The notes under the pieces are model-generated. The model made no database searches. It had not been told where the DNA came from and saw only the letters and a program-made list of their open reading frames with translations. DNA of 63,759 nucleotides from an uncultured Candidatus Saccharibacteria bacterium (lineage in GTDB: Bacteria; Patescibacteriota; Minisyncoccia; UBA6257; WO2-44-18). Every line of letters starts with the position of its first letter. Position 1 is the first letter of the stretch. Both the position numbers and the translations under genes were made by a program. The stretch lies in assembly GCA_964355005.1 (NCBI GenBank), contig CAYHBX010000001.1, positions 1 through 63,759 on the forward strand, in the 5' to 3' direction. Positions 17,129 through 26,966 of this stretch are shown here, piece by piece.

Positions 17129-17653
17129 ATGTCCGGGCACAACAAATGGTCGCAGATAAAAAATCGTAAAGGCGCCCAAGACGCCAAGAAAAGCCTATCT
17201 TTCTCCAAACTTTTAGCAGTGGTAGCTTTGCACGCGAAAAACGATCCAAGCCCGACAACCAACTTAAAACTCCGGACGGCCATAGACCGGGCCAGAGAAG
17301 GCAATGTGCCTTTGGAGAATATTGAACGCGCCATCAATAGGGCTTCGGAAGCTAAAGATTTGACCGAGGTTTTGATAGAAGCTTACGGACCGGAGGGTGT
17401 AGCGATTATTATTGAAGCGATTACCGACAACAGCAACCGCACAGTCGCCGAAATCCGACATCTTTTGGATGAAAGTGGGGCGAAAATGGCTAACCCGGGA
17501 AGTGTTTTGTGGTCTTTCGAAAAAACCCCCGCTGGGTGGCAAGCAAAATTCCCTCAACCGGTTTCGGAAGCGGGCAAACAAAAACTAACAGAACTCATCG
17601 CGATAATCGAAGAGCACAACGACGTGCAGCGCGTTATCACAAACGCAAACTAG
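17129..17653 (+). CDS. yebC: YebC/PmpR family protein (short)
   Basis: The MSGHNKWSQIKNRKG start is diagnostic. Confidence 0.85.
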   Translation: MSGHNKWSQIKNRKGAQDAKKSLSFSKLLAVVALHAKNDPSPTTNLKLRTAIDRAREGNVPLENIERAINRASEAKDLTEVLIEAYGPEGVAIIIEAITDNSNRTVAEIRHLLDESGAKMANPGSVLWSFEKTPAGWQAKFPQPVSEAGKQKLTELIAIIEEHNDVQRVITNAN

Positions 17654-17740
17654 AATTATGAATTACGAATTAGGAATCACAAACAAAGGAAAGTGCGGGA
17701 AAGCTTCAACGCGTTATTCATTATTCGTTATTCATTATTC

Positions 17741-18229
17741 ATGCGCATACTAGGAATCGACCCGGGAACTTCTAGGATCGGATTCGGCGTGATCGAGACC
17801 GCTGGTGGATTGCGATTGTTAAATTGCGGCACGATCGAGGCCAAAGAAAAAGACCTAGCGGGGAAAATTAAAAATTTTTCCGGCCAATTTTCAAAACTGT
17901 TGTCCGAAACTAACCCGGAACTGGCGGCGATAGAAAAAATATATTTCGCCAAAAACCAAAAAACCGCCTTGGCGGTTGCCCAGGCCCGGGGAGTACTAAT
18001 GTCTCTTCTTATCGACAAAAAGATTCCTATTGTGGAATACGGACCGACGGAAGTTAAATTGAATGTCACGGGTTATGGTTTGGCGGACAAAGCTGCGGTT
18101 GCTAAAATGGTGGCAGCTATCCTAAAAACCAAAATCAATGAAAAATATGACGACGCGGTTGATGCTATTGCCATCGCCATCACCGCTGCCGGAAACCACC
18201 TATTGACTTCACGGAAGACCGATATATAA
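17741..18229 (+). CDS. ruvC: crossover junction endodeoxyribonuclease RuvC
   Basis: MRILGIDPGTSRIGFGVIE. Start moved downstream of the GAAT-word repeat. Confidence 0.9.
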   Translation: MRILGIDPGTSRIGFGVIETAGGLRLLNCGTIEAKEKDLAGKIKNFSGQFSKLLSETNPELAAIEKIYFAKNQKTALAVAQARGVLMSLLIDKKIPIVEYGPTEVKLNVTGYGLADKAAVAKMVAAILKTKINEKYDDAVDAIAIAITAAGNHLLTSRKTDI

Positions 18230-18284
18230 TCGTTTCTATCACAAAAAAGTTTTTTCTAAAAAGGTCGTTTAGCAGATCCCAAAG

Positions 18285-18488
18285 ATGAGAAAACACAACG
18301 AATACGAAGAAATCCTCGCTATGTCGGTCGGTGATGACGACATGGACGCTTCTGAAGAAAAAGTGGAGAAAGCCGATTCCTGTGATGACGACCTCGTCTC
18401 TGATGATGACAAAGAAGGAGGAGAGGAAAGTCTTGAGGAGTTGGCGGAAGAGGAAGACGAAGAAGAAGGAAAAGAGGACAATTACTAG
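18285..18488 (+). CDS. small highly acidic protein
   Basis: 67 aa, D/E-rich. Weak coding support only. Confidence 0.4.
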   Translation: MRKHNEYEEILAMSVGDDDMDASEEKVEKADSCDDDLVSDDDKEGGEESLEELAEEEDEEEGKEDNY

Positions 18489-18497
18489 CTTAACCAA

Positions 18498-18594
18498 CCC
18501 CGCCCTCTAGGCTCGTGAAACAGGAACGGACTGTGATGTTGATTTAAATTCAAAATTACACCTCAATTCTGTTCGACGCGCTTAGAGGGCGGGG
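18498..18594. repeat. 97-nt inverted-repeat element CCCCGCCCTCTA ... TAGAGGGCGGGG
   Basis: 12-nt perfect arms followed by TTTT. The architecture parallels the CCCCGCAC family. Confidence 0.7.
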
Positions 18595-18700
18595 TTTTCA
18601 GTTATAATTGATTAATGCTCTTCGCGATATGGTCTGCGAGGTATAAATCGTATCAGACCATATTGCGAAGTAATTTTATTCATTTCATTCATAAAATCAA

Positions 18701-21118
18701 ATGCGCAGGGTATTACGCTTCTTAAAACAGCATATCCGTTTTGTGGCGGTCCTAGCCGCCGGCTTATTCATTTTTTGCCTTACTTATCTGGTTTTGATCA
18801 TCAAAGACCTGCCCAGTACCGACCTTATCAATTCCCGGCAGGTCTCCGAATCAACTAAGATCTACGATCGGACCGGAGAAATTTTGTTGTACGAGATCCA
18901 CGGCGAAGAAAAACGAACCATTATTCCTTTCGAAGATATTCCCGAACGGATAAAACAGGCGACCATCGCCATTGAAGATCAGGATTTTTATTCTCACCCC
19001 GCCTTCGATTGGAAATCCATCGTCCGGGCGTTTTTAGTTAATCTCCGGAAGGGAGAGATCAGCCAGGGCGGCTCAACCATCACTCAACAGCTCGCTAAAA
19101 AGGCTTTCCTGACCGACCAGCGGACTTACACCAGAAAAATCCGGGAATTGATCCTGGCTTTCAAATTGGAAAAACGTTATACCAAAGATGAAATTCTAAA
19201 TTTATATCTCAACCAGATCCCTTACGGATCAAATGCCTATGGCGTGGAAGCGGCCAGTAAAACTTTTTTTGATAAAAACGCCAAAGACTTAAATCTAGCG
19301 GAGGCTGCCCTGTTAGCCAGCTTGCCGAAAGCCCCCAGTTATTATTCTCCGTATGGAACGCACGTTGAAGATCTGATAAACAGGAAAAATAATACTTTGG
19401 CAAAAATGCATGAATTGGGATTTATTTCAGAAACCGAAAAAACGGAGGCGCAAAAAATGAAAACGGAGTTCGCGCCCGGATTCACAAAAATAAAAGCCCC
19501 GCATTTCGTTATTATGGTGCAGGAATACCTAAACAATCGGTATGGAGAAGACTTTGTCCGAACCGCCGGATTAAAAGTCATCACCACTTTGGATTGGAAG
19601 CTGCAGGAGATCGCCGAGAAAACTGTTGCCGAAGGTGCCCAGCGAAACGAGGAATTATATGCCGGGAAAAACGCGGCGATGGTGGCGGAGGACGCCAACA
19701 CCGGACAAATATTGGTTTTGGTAGGATCTAAAAATTATTTTGACATGGAAAATGACGGCAACTTTAATGTTGCCGCCCAAGGACTTCGCCAGCCGGGTTC
19801 AACTATTAAACCATTTGCCTACGCAGCGGCCTTTAAGAAGGGCTATACGCCCGATACGGTGGTTTTTGACGTGGAAACAGAGTTTGATGCCACTGGCGAT
19901 CCGGAGAAGAGTTATAAACCGAATAATTTTGATGAGATGTTCCGGGGTCCGGTAACTTTTAGGCAGGGATTGAGCCAATCAATCAACATCCCGTCAATTA
20001 AGGCTCTTTATTTGGCCGGAATAGATAATGTTTTAAAATTGGTCAAAGATTTCGGCGTTACTACTCTTACGGAACGCAGCCGGTATGGTTTGTCTTTGGT
20101 TTTAGGAGGGGGAGAAATGAAATTAACCGAACTGGTTCACGCTTATTCCGTATTCGCCCAGGACGGCATCCGCCACAAACAATCTTTTATTTTAAGCGTG
20201 ACCGACAACGGAAGAGTTATGGAAGAATATCAGGACGAACCGGCGCAAGTAATGGAGGCCCAATATGCCCGTCTGATCAATAATATTTTGTCCGACACAG
20301 AAAGCCGTTCGGTGTTGTTGCAAAACAGTTTAGGGTTGACTATTTTCCCGAACCAGGAAGTGGCGCTGAAAACCGGTACTACTAATGATTACCGGGATGC
20401 TTGGGCGGTCGGATATAATAAATCTTTGGTGGTTGGGGTTTGGGCGGGAAATAATGACAATACTCCGATGCAGAAAAAAGGAAGTAGTCTTTTGGCGGCT
20501 ATTCCGATTTGGAGTCCTTTTATGCGGGAGGCTTTGCGGGACCGCCCGTCAGAATCATTCGTTCAGCCGGATCCGGTTTTTGTTGAAAAACCGATCCTTA
20601 AAGGTGAGTATTTGGTTAATTTTTGGAACGGGAATGAAAAATATCCGCACATTCATGACATTCTTTTTTACGTAGACAAAAATGATCCTTTGGGACCGAT
20701 TCCGGTGAACCCCGAAAAAGATTCCCAGTTCTTAAATTGGGAGGAGCCGGCAATTGTTTGGGCAAAAACCAACATCGCCAATTTTGACGCTATTTATAAC
20801 AAACCTCTTCCGGCCGGTTCTTATTTGAAGAATGAATCGGAAAGCTCCCTGAATATAGAAATTATTTCTCCCGCCAATGGTAGTTTTATGAAAAATCCTT
20901 TAATTCTCGCGCTTAATCTAAAATCTTCTTCCGGAATAAAGAAATTGGAAATTTTCTTTAACGGCCTTCTTATTGATCAACAATCAAACCTTGGAAAGGA
21001 AAATACTTATGTAAAGAATTTTAACATCGTCAATCCCGAACTTCAGAATATTTTAAAAATCTCCGCCACGGACGAATTAAACAACAAAACCTCCCGGGAA
21101 TTAATACTCTACAAGTAA
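18701..21118 (+). CDS. bifunctional penicillin-binding protein (PBP1A type)
   Basis: EDQDFYSH glycosyltransferase motif, STIKP, N-terminal TM helix. Confidence 0.9.
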   Translation: MRRVLRFLKQHIRFVAVLAAGLFIFCLTYLVLIIKDLPSTDLINSRQVSESTKIYDRTGEILLYEIHGEEKRTIIPFEDIPERIKQATIAIEDQDFYSHPAFDWKSIVRAFLVNLRKGEISQGGSTITQQLAKKAFLTDQRTYTRKIRELILAFKLEKRYTKDEILNLYLNQIPYGSNAYGVEAASKTFFDKNAKDLNLAEAALLASLPKAPSYYSPYGTHVEDLINRKNNTLAKMHELGFISETEKTEAQKMKTEFAPGFTKIKAPHFVIMVQEYLNNRYGEDFVRTAGLKVITTLDWKLQEIAEKTVAEGAQRNEELYAGKNAAMVAEDANTGQILVLVGSKNYFDMENDGNFNVAAQGLRQPGSTIKPFAYAAAFKKGYTPDTVVFDVETEFDATGDPEKSYKPNNFDEMFRGPVTFRQGLSQSINIPSIKALYLAGIDNVLKLVKDFGVTTLTERSRYGLSLVLGGGEMKLTELVHAYSVFAQDGIRHKQSFILSVTDNGRVMEEYQDEPAQVMEAQYARLINNILSDTESRSVLLQNSLGLTIFPNQEVALKTGTTNDYRDAWAVGYNKSLVVGVWAGNNDNTPMQKKGSSLLAAIPIWSPFMREALRDRPSESFVQPDPVFVEKPILKGEYLVNFWNGNEKYPHIHDILFYVDKNDPLGPIPVNPEKDSQFLNWEEPAIVWAKTNIANFDAIYNKPLPAGSYLKNESESSLNIEIISPANGSFMKNPLILALNLKSSSGIKKLEIFFNGLLIDQQSNLGKENTYVKNFNIVNPELQNILKISATDELNNKTSRELILYK

Positions 21119-21159
21119 TTAGTCTTATTGTCGTCAGTCGTTGGTTATTAGTCGCTATT

Positions 21160-22275
21160 TTATACAGTCTTGATCGGCATTAATATATAGAAATAAGACT
21201 GATCTTCCGATGCTTTTATTACTGATGGTTTATTTATATCATTAACTCCGAAAACCAGGTTTTCATTATCCACAACTTTTAATCCATCCAAAAAATATCT
21301 CCAGTTAAAAGCGATCTCCTCAAATCCTTTTCCTTTAAGTTTCACGGGGATCAGATAATTATTCTCTCCGAGATATTGGTCAGCGGAATAAACTTCCAGT
21401 ACTTTCTTTGATTCGTTTATTTTCACTCTTATGTCGTTAGTTTTCCCGGAAAAATTACTTGCTAATTTTATAGCATTTATTAACTGATCTTTATTTATTA
21501 CTAATTCGCTATCCACGGATTTAGGAATGATCTGCTCATAATCGGGATATTCTCCATCAATAAGTCTGGAAATCAGTTCTGTATCTTCGTTTTTGAATAA
21601 TATTTGGCTAGAATCCACGAATATCCTGACCGGTTGGTTTTCCGGAAATATTTTTATCACCTCACTGATAGTTTTTAACGGAATAGTCACTTTAAACCCT
21701 TGATTGAAGTTAGTCGTGAATTGATTGTTGTTTATAACTTTTTGAGCCAATCGGAAAGCATCAGTAGCGACTAATTTTATCTGGGTTATCTGGAAATCAA
21801 ATAAGACACCACTTATCTCCGGCCGGATCTCTGAAATTTGAGCAGCATTTAAAACTTTATAAATAGAATCCCGTAAAAAAGAATTTTCTACTTCAATGAA
21901 ATTATCGCTGTTCTCTATTTTTGGAATTATCGGAAACTCTTCCTGATTAACTCCCTGGATCTTAGCGCTGTAATTATCAGTTTTAAATATTAAATTATTT
22001 CCTTCATTCTCTATCGTTATTCTCTCATTATCGCTGTTATTGACCAGGCTATAAAAAGTCGAAAAAGGTACGGTGATACCTCCTTCGTCTATTATTTTAC
22101 CGGAAGTAAGTTTAGTTATCGCCAGATTAAGATTAGTTGCCGCGATTTTTATCCGGTTGTTAAAAGTTTTAATCAATACATTCTTTAATATCGGTAAATT
22201 GCTGTTATCCGAAACAGCTTTTTCCACCGTCATCAGCGCTTCTTTTAAGTTACTTTTTAGTATTATTATTTTCAT
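21160..22275 (-). CDS. dnaN: DNA polymerase III beta sliding clamp
   Basis: Length, position next to dnaA, and three-domain repeat pattern. Confidence 0.9.
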   Translation of the reverse strand: MKIIILKSNLKEALMTVEKAVSDNSNLPILKNVLIKTFNNRIKIAATNLNLAITKLTSGKIIDEGGITVPFSTFYSLVNNSDNERITIENEGNNLIFKTDNYSAKIQGVNQEEFPIIPKIENSDNFIEVENSFLRDSIYKVLNAAQISEIRPEISGVLFDFQITQIKLVATDAFRLAQKVINNNQFTTNFNQGFKVTIPLKTISEVIKIFPENQPVRIFVDSSQILFKNEDTELISRLIDGEYPDYEQIIPKSVDSELVINKDQLINAIKLASNFSGKTNDIRVKINESKKVLEVYSADQYLGENNYLIPVKLKGKGFEEIAFNWRYFLDGLKVVDNENLVFGVNDINKPSVIKASEDQSYFYILMPIKTV

Positions 22276-22304
22276 ATAAGAGAAATAGTAGTAGTAATAG
22301 CAGC

Positions 22305-22348
22305 TGTGGATTTGTGGATGACTTTTATATTTTCTTTATTTATCCGCA
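22305..22348. promoter_or_regulatory. DnaA-box cluster (candidate oriC part)
   Basis: tgtggattt (22305), tgtggatga (22313) and ttatccgca (22340) match TTATCCACA at 7-8 of 9 positions, in an AT-rich dnaA-dnaN spacer. Confidence 0.55.
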
Positions 22349-22408
22349 TGGATTATAGATTGTTTTGATTTTTAATTATTTTTCTCCTGTTGATTACTTT
22401 CTGATATC

Positions 22409-23776
22409 CTATGAATTCTTTGTCAACTTCTCCCGGATCATCATTATTTTATTGTTTAATTGATGGTTTTTATTAACATCTTGCGAGATCTTTTCAAACG
22501 CGTACATAGCAGTTGTATGGTCTCTTTTCCCCATCTTTTCCCCAATAAAAGGGAAGGAAAGATTTAATACATCGCGCAGAAGATACATTGCCACTTGTCT
22601 CGGTTCCACTATTTCTTTTTTGCGGCATCGTCCGGTCAGATCATTGGAGGAAACATCAAAAAAGTCGGCGACTAATTTGATCACTTGTCCGGGATTAAGA
22701 TTCTGTTGGATAGGGGTTTGGGCGCTGTCATTGATCACCTGGTCGACCATTTTAGCGGTCAATTCCTGGTTTTTCGTCTGTTGATGGAAAATAACCCTGG
22801 TCAAAACACCCTCTAGTTCTCTTAGGTTCTTGCGTACTTTGTTAGCAATGAGGTCTAACACCTCCGGAGCTAAAGTAACCCCCTTTTCCTGCAATTTTAC
22901 CTTTAAAACAGCCATCCTTAACTCATAGTCGGGCTGTCCTATGTCGCAGATCATTCCTCCTTCAAAACGGGAGCGAAGCCGCTCTTCTAGGGTCGGGATA
23001 GTGCTCGGTGGCCGATCAGACGAAAGAATGATCTGTTTATTGTTTTCATATAAAGCGTTAAAGGTGTGGAAAAATTCCTCCTCGGTTCTGGTTTTCCCTC
23101 CAATGAACTGGATGTCATCAATTATCAACACATCCACAAGACGGTATTTTTCTTTTATAGTTTCCATCCGCTTGTTGCGGATCGCCCAGATCACTTCGTT
23201 GGTAAACTTCTCCGAGGACACGTATTTAACTTTTATTTTATTCTGATAAAGGTTTCTAGCTTCATTGCCGATCGCTTGGATCAAGTGAGTTTTGCCGACT
23301 CCTACGCCGCCATAAATAAATAAAGGATTATATTTTTTTCCGATATCTCTTAAAACCGCCTGAGCCGCGGCGTACGCCATTTCATTAGAAGAGCCGGCCA
23401 CGAAAGAATTAAGGGTGTATTTGGGGTTAAGGTTGCTCTCAGGATCAACTTTTAATTCATTGAAAATGTGCTGGTTGGACTGCTGCTCCGCTTTTGCTTT
23501 GCTGTCGTTGATCTTTGCCATCACTTCGGCGTTCGTGTGGACGATGAAATCAATTTTTTTGGTTTTATTATCTAAATTGCGCAACGCGCCCAAGACAACT
23601 TTGTAATATTTGTCTTGTACCCAGTCTTTCGCGAAATTACTTTGCAGACCAACTAAAGCGACGCCCTCTTTATTGTCTATCAATCGGCTATTTTTAAACC
23701 AAGTAAGAAAATTCGGCTTAGATACTTGTACTTCTATTTCGCCCAACGCCGATTTCCAAAGTTCTTCCAGTTCCAT
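22409..23776 (-). CDS. dnaA: chromosomal replication initiator DnaA
   Basis: GGVGVGKTHL Walker A, conserved box VII and domain IV. Confidence 0.95.
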   Translation of the reverse strand: MELEELWKSALGEIEVQVSKPNFLTWFKNSRLIDNKEGVALVGLQSNFAKDWVQDKYYKVVLGALRNLDNKTKKIDFIVHTNAEVMAKINDSKAKAEQQSNQHIFNELKVDPESNLNPKYTLNSFVAGSSNEMAYAAAQAVLRDIGKKYNPLFIYGGVGVGKTHLIQAIGNEARNLYQNKIKVKYVSSEKFTNEVIWAIRNKRMETIKEKYRLVDVLIIDDIQFIGGKTRTEEEFFHTFNALYENNKQIILSSDRPPSTIPTLEERLRSRFEGGMICDIGQPDYELRMAVLKVKLQEKGVTLAPEVLDLIANKVRKNLRELEGVLTRVIFHQQTKNQELTAKMVDQVINDSAQTPIQQNLNPGQVIKLVADFFDVSSNDLTGRCRKKEIVEPRQVAMYLLRDVLNLSFPFIGEKMGKRDHTTAMYAFEKISQDVNKNHQLNNKIMMIREKLTKNS

Positions 23777-23893
23777 GGTTATAGTTTAAAAAATTTTTTC
23801 ACAAAGAAGAAAGGGGTTGATTGAATAATATGTTAATTATAGGTGGATAACTCTGAAATTACTACAAGTGGAGCTTGTCTAGTAATTTCAAGA

Positions 23894-23986
23894 CCCCGCA
23901 CCTAACGAAAAATCCGGCAAAATTGGCAACCTTGCTAAAATTTTGGAAAAAGTATATTATTTAGTTAAATAAATATTAAGTGCGGG
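23894..23986. repeat. CCCCGCACCTAA ... TTAAGTGCGGG inverted-repeat element with AT-rich interior
   Basis: The arms are visible; it lies between dnaA and rpmH next to a gtggataac box at 23842. Confidence 0.65.
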
Positions 23987-24032
23987 ATGGTGATTTTGTC
24001 ATCAATCGCCTCGCTCTTGAACAAAACTCATC

Positions 24033-24167
24033 ATGTCGCGAACACATCAACCAAGAAAGCGGAAAAGAGCCCGGACGCACGGCTTTTTGAAGCGTAGCCG
24101 GACTCACGGGGGCCGCCGGACCGTTCAGGCTAGGCGCAGGAAGGGACGCAGCAGGCTCACGGTGTAG
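24033..24167 (+). CDS. rpmH: 50S ribosomal protein L34
   Basis: [18 protein letters not shown]..., 44 aa. Below the size cut-off of the ORF track. Confidence 0.9.
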   Translation: MSRTHQPRKRKRARTHGFLKRSRTHGGRRTVQARRRKGRSRLTV

Positions 24168-24199
24168 GCACTAGTCACTAGAAGCTAGTAACTAGAAAA

Positions 24200-24517
24200 A
24201 TGATCGCTAAAAAATATAAGCTTCCCATTCAACTTTTCCCCGCTAAACGGGGAAAGTTGTTTAAAAACGCCTATTTCCAAGTAAAAATCTTTTCGGCGGA
24301 GAAGGCATGGAGTCGTTTCGGGGTGACGATCAGTACCAAAACTGCCCCGAAAGCCACCGAGCGTAACCGGCTAAAAAGATTGGTATATGACTTTTTTGGC
24401 GCAAACTCTGGTGAGCTCCTGCTCGCCGACTATTGGCTTACCGTCTTAAAACCAGCCGCCACTCTGTCGAGCTCCCGTTTTTTATCCGAACTTAAAAACT
24501 TGATACCTAATACTTAA
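24200..24517 (+). CDS. rnpA: RNase P protein component
   Basis: Position after rpmH and the RNRLKRL motif. Confidence 0.8.
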   Translation: MIAKKYKLPIQLFPAKRGKLFKNAYFQVKIFSAEKAWSRFGVTISTKTAPKATERNRLKRLVYDFFGANSGELLLADYWLTVLKPAATLSSSRFLSELKNLIPNT

Positions 24518-24536
24518 TACTTGATACTTTATTTAT

Positions 24537-25247
24537 ATGGGTAATATATTTCACGTCATTCTATCTCAACCGCTTTTTAACGCGTTGGTGTTTTTATACA
24601 ATACCGTTGCTTTTGAAGACTTAGGTATCGCAATTATTCTTTTAACGGTGCTGATCCGGCTGATTTTATACCCCTTGTTCTATTACAGCTTCAAAAATCA
24701 GACCTTGATGCAGAAGATCCAGCCGGAGATCCAGAAGATCCAGCATGATCATAAAGACGACAAAGAAAAACAAGCTCAAGCGTTGCTGGCGCTCTATAAA
24801 CAACACAAAGTTAATCCGTTTTCCGGATTTTTCCTGATCCTAGTTCAATTGCCGGTCCTTATAGTCCTCTATCGGTTGTTTTTGAGCGGCTTATCGCCGG
24901 AGTCCTTCGTTGATTTGTATTCGTTCATATCTCAACCGGGCGAAGTGCACAATTTGTTTTTGGGCTTGATAGATTTGAAGGCACGCAGTATATTGATTGT
25001 AGTTTTGGCGGCGCTTTTACAGTATTTCCAGGGGAGATTGAGTCTGCCGAAAACCAACAAAAAAGACGATTCACCGATGAGTCGGATGGCGAAGAATATG
25101 GTTTTCATCGGTCCGGTCATCTCTGTATTAATCCTGTCCAGCTTACCGGCCGCCGTTGGCGTCTACTGGCTGACATCATCCGCCTTCTCTATTGCTCAAC
25201 AGCTGATAATCAACAAAAAATTAAGAACCAACCCGTCCCACACATAA
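24537..25247 (+). CDS. yidC: membrane protein insertase YidC (short form)
   Basis: Conserved LTVLIRLILYPL helix, 5 TM helices, position after rnpA. The stop codon lies inside the TIR of the next element. Confidence 0.85.
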   Translation: MGNIFHVILSQPLFNALVFLYNTVAFEDLGIAIILLTVLIRLILYPLFYYSFKNQTLMQKIQPEIQKIQHDHKDDKEKQAQALLALYKQHKVNPFSGFFLILVQLPVLIVLYRLFLSGLSPESFVDLYSFISQPGEVHNLFLGLIDLKARSILIVVLAALLQYFQGRLSLPKTNKKDDSPMSRMAKNMVFIGPVISVLILSSLPAAVGVYWLTSSAFSIAQQLIINKKLRTNPSHT

Positions 25248-25365
25248 CAAGGATCATTATCTCGAAGCCATAGCCTATCTAAACAATTATGATTATTCAA
25301 CTAAAATCGTCGTCTAAATTAAACCAAGGATGTAAAAACGCTTCGCAATCCTTGTTATGTGTGGG
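25237..25365. mobile_element. 129-bp TIR element (CCCACACATAACAAGGAT / ATCCTTGTTATGTGTGGG)
   Basis: 18-bp perfect TIR; homologous along its whole length to 60528-60657. Confidence 0.7.
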
Positions 25366-25800
25366 ATGAACGAGGAATTCAAAACACAAATAAAGACAAT
25401 TCTTGAGATGGTCGGCTTGCATGAGCCGAGTATTGATTTTAACGCGGAGAATCACAAGATCATTATTTTTGTGAATGAAGGCGATTGGCTAAAAAAACAT
25501 CTGCCATACCTGGTGGCCGATTTTGAACGTCTGGCGAATTTATTGGGTAAGAAACATGGCATAGAAGAGAATTTGTTCGTGGATATGAATAATTACCGCA
25601 AAGAGCGGGAAAATATTATCGTTGAGTTGGCTAAGGCCGCCGCCCGCAAAGCAATGACCACCAAAGCGGAAGTTAAATTACCGGCGATGAACGCTTATGA
25701 ACGCCGTCTGATCCACGTGGAACTTTCTACTCGGCCGGACGTGAAAAGCGAAAGTAGCGGCGAAGGCAAGGAACGCTACGTGATCGTTAAGCCGATCTAA
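25366..25800 (+). CDS. jag: Jag/KhpB-type R3H RNA-binding protein
   Basis: The R3H motif YERRLIHVEL and position after yidC. Start taken at the ATG immediately after the TIR. Confidence 0.8.
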   Translation: MNEEFKTQIKTILEMVGLHEPSIDFNAENHKIIIFVNEGDWLKKHLPYLVADFERLANLLGKKHGIEENLFVDMNNYRKERENIIVELAKAAARKAMTTKAEVKLPAMNAYERRLIHVELSTRPDVKSESSGEGKERYVIVKPI

Positions 25801-25831
25801 AAATTCCCCCGCATCGAGGGGGAGTTTTTAG

Positions 25832-26935
25832 TTAGAAGGGCAAGGTGTAAAGTTTGTTATCGTCCTCATTTAAAATCAGAAGACGGTTATTCCGTTTTTC
25901 TATCTTTTTTGCCCTAAATCGGAATCCGATTTCGACGCTGTCGAATATTTTACTAGCGGAGAAGAGCGGTTTTTCTCCTAAATTGAAAGAGATGATCGCG
26001 TAGATAGTTTCGTCGTTCGCGCGAGGTTTCTTGAGCATGCGATCAGCTAAGCCGTTCGCGGGTGCGCCGCTTAGATCATTGGGGGCACTGCAATATATGA
26101 ATGGCTCATCAAAGAAACATTTGTAAGGAAGAGTTTTCAGGTCCGTTGAGGCGATTTGTTGGTTGGTTTTGGTGACTAGAGAAAGTTTTCCAGTAGACCA
26201 TTTTAAGCCTAAACTTTTTTCCGTCCACCATTTCACCATAAAATCTTTTTCCTCGGTCAGCTTTTTGATGGTTTTAGATTTGATGTCATACACCCAGACG
26301 GAACTCACGGCTTGGCTCGTCGGTTTCTCATATAGATATATGATTTCCGGGAAAGCCCAATCCAGAATCAAATCCTTTTGATTGATTTTTAATAGCTCTG
26401 TCGATTTTCCAGTGTTCAAATCCAAGGTGCTTAGTTTTCCGGAGGACCCGTTGTTTTGGAGATAAGCAATCGAGGTATTCGTTTGAGGATTCCAGTCGGC
26501 GGCAGTCGTTCCTTGCGGTAGTGGTTGGAAATTACGTTTTGCCATGTTGAAAATAGAGAAAGACGGAGTTGTTGGATAGCCAAAAGCGATTAAAACCGCC
26601 GAACCGTCAACGGTCGGATTGACGTAATCCAAATTTGGAATTGTCTGCGAACTTAATAATTGCGCCGAACCATCGGAGTTCATTTTTGAGATTTGCCCGT
26701 GAAGACCGATATAATAGACCTCTTCAGTTTTGGGATTGGTCCAAAAATCAAACAATCGTTCATCGGTCAAAGTTTTTATTGCTTCCGTCGCCGTAATGCC
26801 CGCTTGATTATCAGAGAGAGTTAGCCTGTTTTGTTGATTAGTTGGCGCAGTAAACCAACGGAATACGAAATAACCGCCGATTCCAATTATCGAAATGGCT
26901 ACCGCGAAGACAATTATTTTTCCTAGTCGATTCAT
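25832..26935 (-). CDS. membrane-anchored protein, TolB-like beta-propeller candidate
   Basis: N-terminal TM helix and repetitive beta-rich segments. Last gene of the T4SS-like operon. Confidence 0.45.
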   Translation of the reverse strand: MNRLGKIIVFAVAISIIGIGGYFVFRWFTAPTNQQNRLTLSDNQAGITATEAIKTLTDERLFDFWTNPKTEEVYYIGLHGQISKMNSDGSAQLLSSQTIPNLDYVNPTVDGSAVLIAFGYPTTPSFSIFNMAKRNFQPLPQGTTAADWNPQTNTSIAYLQNNGSSGKLSTLDLNTGKSTELLKINQKDLILDWAFPEIIYLYEKPTSQAVSSVWVYDIKSKTIKKLTEEKDFMVKWWTEKSLGLKWSTGKLSLVTKTNQQIASTDLKTLPYKCFFDEPFIYCSAPNDLSGAPANGLADRMLKKPRANDETIYAIISFNLGEKPLFSASKIFDSVEIGFRFRAKKIEKRNNRLLILNEDDNKLYTLPF

Positions 26936-26966
26936 ATATTTGGAGCAGTTCTTGGGTTGGCTATTA

